Part shown: piece after piece, positions 57,362 through 64,000 of the stretch
Layout of the letters: every line of letters begins with the position of its first letter
Position numbering within the stretch: position 1 is the stretch's first letter
Source of the DNA: an uncultured virus (IMG/VR IMGVR_UViG_3300030090_003678)
Lineage: Duplodnaviria > Heunggongvirae > Uroviricota > Caudoviricetes
Length of the DNA: 64,000 nt
Strand: one strand, 5' to 3'
IMG/VR virus record: IMGVR_UViG_3300030090_003678
Span: 1 to 64,000 of that record
The notes under the pieces: model-generated
Database searches by the model: none
What the model was told of the DNA's origin: nothing
Seen by the model: the letters and a program-made list of their open reading frames with translations, nothing else
Program-made: the position numbers and the translations under genes

Positions 57362-60300
57362 CTATTCGTGTATGTTTACATGCATTATTGAATCGCCATG
57401 TGTTCCGTACCTAAGTTCCATATCTTCAAAGTGTGGTCCTAGATAATGGGTCCAGCATTTTTCTTCGCATTGATGAAAGTTTAATGGACCTCTCTCATTG
57501 CAACATATCTGATCGAAACCTAAATAGAAATCCATATTTACTGGTTTATTGCTATTGCCTTGTCTGCAATTATTTACCGGAGGTGGATATCCAATAATAA
57601 TATCAAATGCTCCTCCATGCCTACTCCAAACTGCTCTCCAGTGAGGATCTGCATATTCATTAAACTTTTCATTTTCTGCTTGTGGAGCATAAATAACTCC
57701 TTTAAAGTTTCTAGGAGCTAAACCTATTCCGACTTCGTGACCCATTAACATAGCTTCTGGAGACGATAATTCTAAGAACTTTTCTTTTTGAGTTATCAAG
57801 TTTAATTTTCTATCGTCAGCTGAATTTGCTACAGGTTTTCCAAGATACTTCACAGTACCCTTTACAATCTTAGTACATTCAGCAGGAGTCCTTACGTTCA
57901 AGGTGTTTCCACTACTATCAATACAAACAAATTCATTTATTATTTGTGTATCAATGGATGCTCCAAGAGTTAATCCTGCTTCTCCACATTCTTTCTTTGT
58001 TTTTTGTATAACTGGCCCAATAAACACTCCTGTTGGGCCGCACTCAGATGCTGTAACGCTTTCGGTTACTTCATTGCCATCAACTAAGTATATACATGTT
58101 CCAGCTTGGTCGTCACTAACATCTCTACATTCTTTGTATGGTCGGATTGATTCACATGAATCGCTCATATCACAAAGCCTAGCCATCTCCAAACTTTCCT
58201 GAGAGTCGTCAGGAACATAACTATCATCAGCAGGGAAATAAAATGGGAACTGTTGATCCAACGTATTCAAGTCAACACACGTATCAAACACACTTGAATA
58301 CGTAACATCTCTAACAGAACCGCATGTGTTTATCCACACGCCTTTTACCCAATCATAACCTCTTGATGTACAGGCAGTTTCGTTATCAATTTCGTAAAGG
58401 GTGCAGAAGTGTTGCTCGCAACCAGCTTTCGTGTCTACTTCTGATGGAGGATCAGTAACTTCACCATTTGTATCTTCCCATTTAGTACCTTGTGGGAATT
58501 CACAACTTCCTAATCTGCTAGCTAGACCTCCTTCAGTTATCTTCTCTCCTTCTCCAAAGAATCCAGCATCTTTAGTAACCGTCTTTAATTTTTGTGATGG
58601 GTCATATTCCCAATCGCTTGCTTTTCCAAATCTAGGAGCTGGTTTATTTGCTTCAAGATTGCTTCTTAATTGAGATGCGTCATGAACAACCAACTCTAAT
58701 TCATCATGAAGCGCAAACCTCGTCGCTGCTGTTACTGGCTCCCACCAATGCCAGCCATTTTCTTTGCAGTCTTCCTTGTTGTCATATTTTGCATTTTGAC
58801 AACCACGCTTTCTTACAACATAACTACCATCAGCTGGACCTCTAGGACATCTCATTTCCCTCTGTTCGTTGCCTGAGTCATCTTCATATTTTATTTCTAC
58901 GCACTCAAAACATTGTCCTAGAGGGTTAGTTTTACTAGGAGGTTGACATGGATCTTGCAAATAGAACCCATTAATTTGACAGCCGACAGGACATCCTTCT
59001 ACAAAGAAATCTTTTGCGTCTCCAGTTTTTTGTCCACCACTAATTTCTAATGGTTTTAGATTTAATGGATCTTTGTATTTATACCCATCTTTTTCATCGT
59101 TTCGTCTTCCAATTACCCAATCGCCACCAAATATTCTTTCGCATAAGAATTTGTCTCCATCCATTCCTAATGGACTTTCTGGGTCTCCAGTGTCTTCATA
59201 TAATTGAACCCATTCTCCATTAGTTTGAAATTCAGCTAATCCTCCGGGAGTTACAGGGTTTGGTATTCCTCCAAATCCAACTCTATCACATTCATTTTTA
59301 TCAGTAATAGGATCGCCATTAGAGTCTGTTATTCCTGTGTTTGTTGCTACATCTACACAAGCTCCTTCAGAACACTCATTTATGTCCATTCTGCTTACGT
59401 TCATGCCATAACGGTCATCAACACAGTATCCCATTCTTGTACCTTTGCAGGTGGCGGGATAAACTACGCTACCACTAATAACAACTTTTTCTGCATCAGC
59501 TAGGTCGTGGTCGTAGTGTGTAGCCACTTCTGTGTGCGAAAAATGTGGTATCCAGAGATGTCCATTTCCAACACATGTTGAGTTATTTTTGTATGTATTA
59601 TTTGTACAGAAGTAATCTTCATCTGAATAGATATTTTCAAATGCATTAATCATGACTGGCTCAACTGGCAGTATCTCTGGAATTGGAGTGGTCATTCCTC
59701 CACCAGTATCTACCTCTTTGTACCTAAACATTCTATTCAGATTATCAACGGTTGGTTTCGGACCAATTCTTCCCGGCTGTGTTATAGAACCAGTTGGATC
59801 TGTCCTTAAACTTTCAACATTAGATGGTCCCATAGGAACACCCTTTGGCCACATTGACATGTGTCTGCTAAGAGAAGAATGTGTCTGGTGATCGACCGGC
59901 CATGGATTCAAACCATATGGTTGGGGAAGCTCTAAATTCTGCTTCATGTTCATATAGTCAAAAGTAGTAGCCGATACTGGATTGCCGTTTTGGGTTCTTG
60001 TCCTATCGTAAATTCTAAGATGTCTATTTTTTCTAGGATTTTTTGTGATTAGCTTCGATACATCAGCAACCCTAATTTCCATATACTGACCGCTTCCACG
60101 ACCCGCATCTCCATCTTTGTCTGGAATATTATCCCCTCTTGGGATATCTGTATAGAGTATAGTTCCTCCAGCAGGTAAATATGGATTCCTTGATTTATTA
60201 CTTCTGGAATAACTGCCAAATGTATCCGTTTCTGCTTGTTGTAATTCTGCTAATCCAATACCAATCGGTGTGCCTTTTTCATAAGCGCAATGTCTGCCCC

Positions 60301-63300
60301 CAAACGTAGGTGGATAAGCAGGTATAACTAAAGTAGCCTCTCCTGTTTCTGGATCAACATCTTTAACATACCGAACGGTAAATTGCTCTGCTGGCTTGTT
60401 TGGAATTGGGTCAAATCCATACGATTGACATCTGTGACTTATATCGCCACCAGTAGAACAAGCAACACCGCCGCTCCACAAAGGAGCGCGAATTGGTGGA
60501 CTTCCTCCGCCTGTTCTGAAGGGGTAGTCTATTCCAGTGTATGTACAACATTCCGTATCAACACATGCCCCACTTGGGCCACAATCATTTTTGGATATAC
60601 ATCTTCCAGCAAAAGTATATCTTCTTTCTAACGCACTAGGCTTTCCTGTTTTTCTCCAAGAGTCTCCGGTAATCAACCGTTTTGGTAAACATCCAATTAA
60701 CCCTCCAGTATCGCAAGGTGGCACTCCCGTTACGCCATCAGTTACGTTGTCAACCCTTAGACTCTCAGACCCCAAAAAAGATGTAAATGTACAATTTGTT
60801 ATTTCTGCCCAAATTTCTAAACCATTTTGTCTATAGTTGTCTCCTCCATTAGGTCCAAACCCACCATCAACTATATCACCACTGTTATAAGCCGCCATTG
60901 AAGGTATAGAATTTCCACAGCCCATTACTAATCTAATAAAGTGACCATCTTGTGGCAGACTAGGAGGTCTTGCATTTCTGAATACTAGGTCTGAACTTAG
61001 GCCATCTACTCGCACTCCGCCATTCATTCCTCCATATTGAGGCATATCACAAGCGTTGCAGTCGGCATTTATTGCTACTAACTCATCTCCTGCTTTGAAT
61101 GACGTATAGGGGCTAAAGTCTAAATTTGGTCCAGTTGGTTGGCAAGCTGAAGGCCATTTGAATCTATGCAAGCCTAAATCACATTGATGTGTACCAACTG
61201 TGTTCATTAAAGTCCACTCAGATCTCCAAACAACGCCATCATATTCCATAGGGACATCTAAAGACTGTAATCCCGGACAAGTTTCATCTACAGGTTCATG
61301 GCTATTTGTATGGTCAACACAAGTTTCATCTGCCTCTGTTTGTATATGGAGACCATAACATCCTGTATATGCATCATTATCATATCCTTCATCTCCATTT
61401 CCATTAACGTGACAAGTACCATCTCCAATGTCTTCAACGACTTCGGGTTCATATTTCATCTCAACAAAATTTGGATAACAAGAGCAAGGATCAAATGCCC
61501 AAATATATGCAGACTCAGGTGCATCTGAAACTTTAGTACATGTCGCTGTCAATGCTGAAGTGATCTGAACTACTTCCCCTACATTTTGGTCACCACAATT
61601 TTTCTCTTCTATCCCTGAACATGATTTTGCTTCTTTACATGGCAAATATGGATGTGAACAATTTCCTATAATATCGTTGTTATTGTCAGACACTAACGCT
61701 TCACAATAGGCATCTGCACAACAATCAGTTTCTTTGCCGTCTTTGTCTACTCCTATGTATTGTACTTGTGTGTTTCCTGTTTGACTAACAGTCTTCGTTT
61801 TGGATCGAGAGGTATAAACTGATGAACATTTTCTACAATTAGTTCCCCCACCCATGGTAGGTCTTTTTCTTAAAAACATATTACACTCAGAAACACCACC
61901 AGAGTGCGTTAAAGGAGTAAACGTTTCATCTTTACCATCACAACCCTTTTTCCTCCATTTGAGGGTTTTAATCCGTCCACCATCTTCTGTGCATGTTCCA
62001 AATGTAATGTCAACATTATTTGGGTCTGCTATATGTCTTCTGAACTCATCTTCGCATTCTGGCAAATCTCTAAGATCGCAAGGATGAAAAGTATCAGAAC
62101 AACAATAACCTTCATTTTTTAATGCTTTTGCCGCATTGAAACTTTGGCTATCATCAGCAGTAGGAGCTTCACATTCATCCATGCCGCAGCCAATATAGTC
62201 TAATATCTCGCTAGATTGGCCAGTAACAGTTGCAACTAACTTGTTTGGCATAAAGTGGTCACAGCAAACAGGACATATTCCTTTTTGTTCTATTTGAACA
62301 TAGTAATCATTTGCTCTTTCTTCCCATTTATATCCCGGACCGCCGAAACCAAATCTATATAGACTATCTATTTCATCATCTTCGTAATGTCCAATATACC
62401 CACCTTCAACACCAATATCTTCGTGATGTCCCCAATAATCAAACTCTCCGGTGAATGGACATGTTTTATAAACACCAACACTCGGTTTTCCTTTACCTGA
62501 AGTAAGTTCACTACCAAGATCCAGTATGCCTAAATCGCCATACCAAGCTTGCGACCAACATGTCTTGAAAGGATCGTCATTATTTAAATCAACACAATCT
62601 GCATATCTTCCTTCAATAAACGTAGCGCCTTTAAACTCAAATCCACTTTCTTCACAATCGGATTTGTTGTTTATTCCACCAACTACATCGCCATCGTAGT
62701 CATAACATTTTCCTTTACTTTCACATGCCTCTTTTTGTTCTTCTGTAGTTCCAGAATGAAGATCTTTGTCATTTAAAAGTTTTGCGTCAGCATCTTGACA
62801 TCTATTAACATAAAGCTGGTTTTTGTGGTCTACATCAACGCTAGGGTCGTACATGGTATATACTTGCGCGAGTGCATCACAATCTTCTTTTTTCATAAAT
62901 GCATTGGCGTTTGACTCGTATCCTAGCACTACAGTACAAGTACCATATAAAGCACAATTTATTTCTGCTTCATTATCTGCGGTCTTTTCGTCATCTTCAA
63001 AAGTGTCATAGTTTCTCCAAGAAGTCGTCCATCTCTCAGCAAAGTCCGTACAGTCTGCTTTACTTTTTGGATTTCCGTTTTCGTCTAATGCACCAGTTTT
63101 ATCTATGGTGTTAAAACATATACCAAGAGCATCACAATCTGCTTCCGCACAAGCCTTTCCTCCATCAGATTGCGTTTTATAACAAGTATGTTCTTCGTCT
63201 ATTGGAGCGCCTGAAGCTTCACTATTTGTTATGGTATCGCCTGTTGGAATATGAGTAGACTTTCCATTATTTTGGAATGAGAGCTTGCCGGTATATGTAT

Positions 63301-64000
63301 CTAAACAACGAAATTGTGCAGGTTCTTGAGATGGTATTCCCTTATTTTCTGCCAGCTTTTTAGTGATCCAATTGACTTGTTCAGGCGCTTCTGCTGCACC
63401 CATACCAAGTCGATAGTTCATAATACAACCTTCTTCAACTTCCTCTACACATTCAGTTGTATCAATATTTGCTTTGTTTATTATCCTTCCATCTACTGGA
63501 TACTTGTCGCATGTATATAAGTCGAATGTGTCTAATGTTACATTTTTAATAACAAAGAAGTCAGCTGGTGGAGGAATTTCACCATTAATTATTTCACCGG
63601 AACAAGCGTAGTATTTACTATCGCAACTGAGTTCCCATGTACCTCCGCCGCCTTCCCATACTCCACCACATCCCGGAGGGCCATCTGCATCATCTTTTAC
63701 ACAACCACACTCTTCTCCCGGAGCTTTATCTTGATCAACAGTAAATCCTGAAGGACAGTTCCCATCATCATCCTGCATCTTGCATATATCGGCATCAGCT
63801 TCGCAATCAGTCTTTCTGTCACATACTGTTCCATCTTCTCTTTTCTTTGAACATTTTCCATACTCACACTCTAACTTACTTCCTGCATCAGTTGATGCGT
63901 CCCATTTATAAACAGGTCCAAGACAGTCCTTTTTCTCTAGATCAACTTCTGAGTCGTCAGACAGTCTAATACATTTGCCTTGAGAATCGTCTAGGCAAGC
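57362..64000 (-). CDS. Giant Cys-rich repeat protein, probable virion fibre/surface protein (5' truncated)
   Basis: Frame stays open upstream of ATG 63778 to the window end (checked manually), so more than 2200 aa; recurring C-x(n)-C-x3-G-x2-W units. Confidence 0.75.
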   Translation of the reverse strand, partial: ACLDDSQGKCIRLSDDSEVDLEKKDCLGPVYKWDASTDAGSKLECEYGKCSKKREDGTVCDRKTDCEADADICKMQDDDGNCPSGFTVDQDKAPGEECGCVKDDADGPPGCGGVWEGGGGTWELSCDSKYYACSGEIINGEIPPPADFFVIKNVTLDTFDLYTCDKYPVDGRIINKANIDTTECVEEVEEGCIMNYRLGMGAAEAPEQVNWITKKLAENKGIPSQEPAQFRCLDTYTGKLSFQNNGKSTHIPTGDTITNSEASGAPIDEEHTCYKTQSDGGKACAEADCDALGICFNTIDKTGALDENGNPKSKADCTDFAERWTTSWRNYDTFEDDEKTADNEAEINCALYGTCTVVLGYESNANAFMKKEDCDALAQVYTMYDPSVDVDHKNQLYVNRCQDADAKLLNDKDLHSGTTEEQKEACESKGKCYDYDGDVVGGINNKSDCEESGFEFKGATFIEGRYADCVDLNNDDPFKTCWSQAWYGDLGILDLGSELTSGKGKPSVGVYKTCPFTGEFDYWGHHEDIGVEGGYIGHYEDDEIDSLYRFGFGGPGYKWEERANDYYVQIEQKGICPVCCDHFMPNKLVATVTGQSSEILDYIGCGMDECEAPTADDSQSFNAAKALKNEGYCCSDTFHPCDLRDLPECEDEFRRHIADPNNVDITFGTCTEDGGRIKTLKWRKKGCDGKDETFTPLTHSGGVSECNMFLRKRPTMGGGTNCRKCSSVYTSRSKTKTVSQTGNTQVQYIGVDKDGKETDCCADAYCEALVSDNNNDIIGNCSHPYLPCKEAKSCSGIEEKNCGDQNVGEVVQITSALTATCTKVSDAPESAYIWAFDPCSCYPNFVEMKYEPEVVEDIGDGTCHVNGNGDEGYDNDAYTGCYGLHIQTEADETCVDHTNSHEPVDETCPGLQSLDVPMEYDGVVWRSEWTLMNTVGTHQCDLGLHRFKWPSACQPTGPNLDFSPYTSFKAGDELVAINADCNACDMPQYGGMNGGVRVDGLSSDLVFRNARPPSLPQDGHFIRLVMGCGNSIPSMAAYNSGDIVDGGFGPNGGDNYRQNGLEIWAEITNCTFTSFLGSESLRVDNVTDGVTGVPPCDTGGLIGCLPKRLITGDSWRKTGKPSALERRYTFAGRCISKNDCGPSGACVDTECCTYTGIDYPFRTGGGSPPIRAPLWSGGVACSTGGDISHRCQSYGFDPIPNKPAEQFTVRYVKDVDPETGEATLVIPAYPPTFGGRHCAYEKGTPIGIGLAELQQAETDTFGSYSRSNKSRNPYLPAGGTILYTDIPRGDNIPDKDGDAGRGSGQYMEIRVADVSKLITKNPRKNRHLRIYDRTRTQNGNPVSATTFDYMNMKQNLELPQPYGLNPWPVDHQTHSSLSRHMSMWPKGVPMGPSNVESLRTDPTGSITQPGRIGPKPTVDNLNRMFRYKEVDTGGGMTTPIPEILPVEPVMINAFENIYSDEDYFCTNNTYKNNSTCVGNGHLWIPHFSHTEVATHYDHDLADAEKVVISGSVVYPATCKGTRMGYCVDDRYGMNVSRMDINECSEGACVDVATNTGITDSNGDPITDKNECDRVGFGGIPNPVTPGGLAEFQTNGEWVQLYEDTGDPESPLGMDGDKFLCERIFGGDWVIGRRNDEKDGYKYKDPLNLKPLEISGGQKTGDAKDFFVEGCPVGCQINGFYLQDPCQPPSKTNPLGQCFECVEIKYEDDSGNEQREMRCPRGPADGSYVVRKRGCQNAKYDNKEDCKENGWHWWEPVTAATRFALHDELELVVHDASQLRSNLEANKPAPRFGKASDWEYDPSQKLKTVTKDAGFFGEGEKITEGGLASRLGSCEFPQGTKWEDTNGEVTDPPSEVDTKAGCEQHFCTLYEIDNETACTSRGYDWVKGVWINTCGSVRDVTYSSVFDTCVDLNTLDQQFPFYFPADDSYVPDDSQESLEMARLCDMSDSCESIRPYKECRDVSDDQAGTCIYLVDGNEVTESVTASECGPTGVFIGPVIQKTKKECGEAGLTLGASIDTQIINEFVCIDSSGNTLNVRTPAECTKIVKGTVKYLGKPVANSADDRKLNLITQKEKFLELSSPEAMLMGHEVGIGLAPRNFKGVIYAPQAENEKFNEYADPHWRAVWSRHGGAFDIIIGYPPPVNNCRQGNSNKPVNMDFYLGFDQICCNERGPLNFHQCEEKCWTHYLGPHFEDMELRYGTHGDSIMHVNIHE

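Noticed and set aside
57903..63520. Plus-strand ORFs inside the giant Cys-rich gene, and short minus-strand ORFs across 1-55900
   Set aside because: Antisense shadows of long genes with no recognisable motifs.
1..64000. Alternative genetic code, or cellular/NCLDV origin
   Set aside because: Genes are full length under the standard code with all three stops in use; rIIB, bacterial-type replisome, sigma factor and coupled operons without housekeeping genes fit a phage. No capsid or terminase gene is in the window, so phage identity remains an inference.

Overview
AT-rich, gene-dense 64 kb segment of a large dsDNA bacteriophage (probably jumbo-class, metagenomic scaffold with three 10-N gaps). 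Positions 1-55929 are almost all + strand; a convergent terminator near 55.9 kb separates them from a - strand module of probable virion genes that includes a Cys-rich ORF of more than 2200 aa running off the window. Content: rIIA/rIIB; accessory metabolic genes (Tat-exported DUF1501, PAP2-type phosphatase, ClpP-like, DeoC-like, M19 dipeptidase, SET protein, PhoH, two thioredoxins); nucleotide metabolism (NrdAB, dUTPase, dNMP kinase, deoxyribosyltransferase-like); a bacterial-type replisome (RecA, DnaB, DnaG, DnaE split into two intein-less genes, DnaQ-like exonuclease, SSB); a phage sigma factor; and about 20 glycan-building genes, mostly at 40.5-55.9 kb. Highlights: (1) a promoter-flanked, pseudoknot-capable RNA of about 150 nt upstream of nrdA; (2) a recurring intergenic decamer GTGTATAATA (5 copies), a candidate phage-sigma promoter; (3) a class Ic-type (Mn/Fe, no radical Tyr) NrdB; (4) the split DnaE; (5) a candidate system for a glycosylated, disulfide-bonded virion surface (GT cluster, CGPC/CPHC thioredoxin pair, giant Cys-rich protein); (6) several enzymes with altered catalytic residues. 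Gene content hints at a Planctomycetota/PVC host (inference). All calls come from motif recognition by eye; no database searches were run. No tRNA, rRNA or CRISPR array was recognised.
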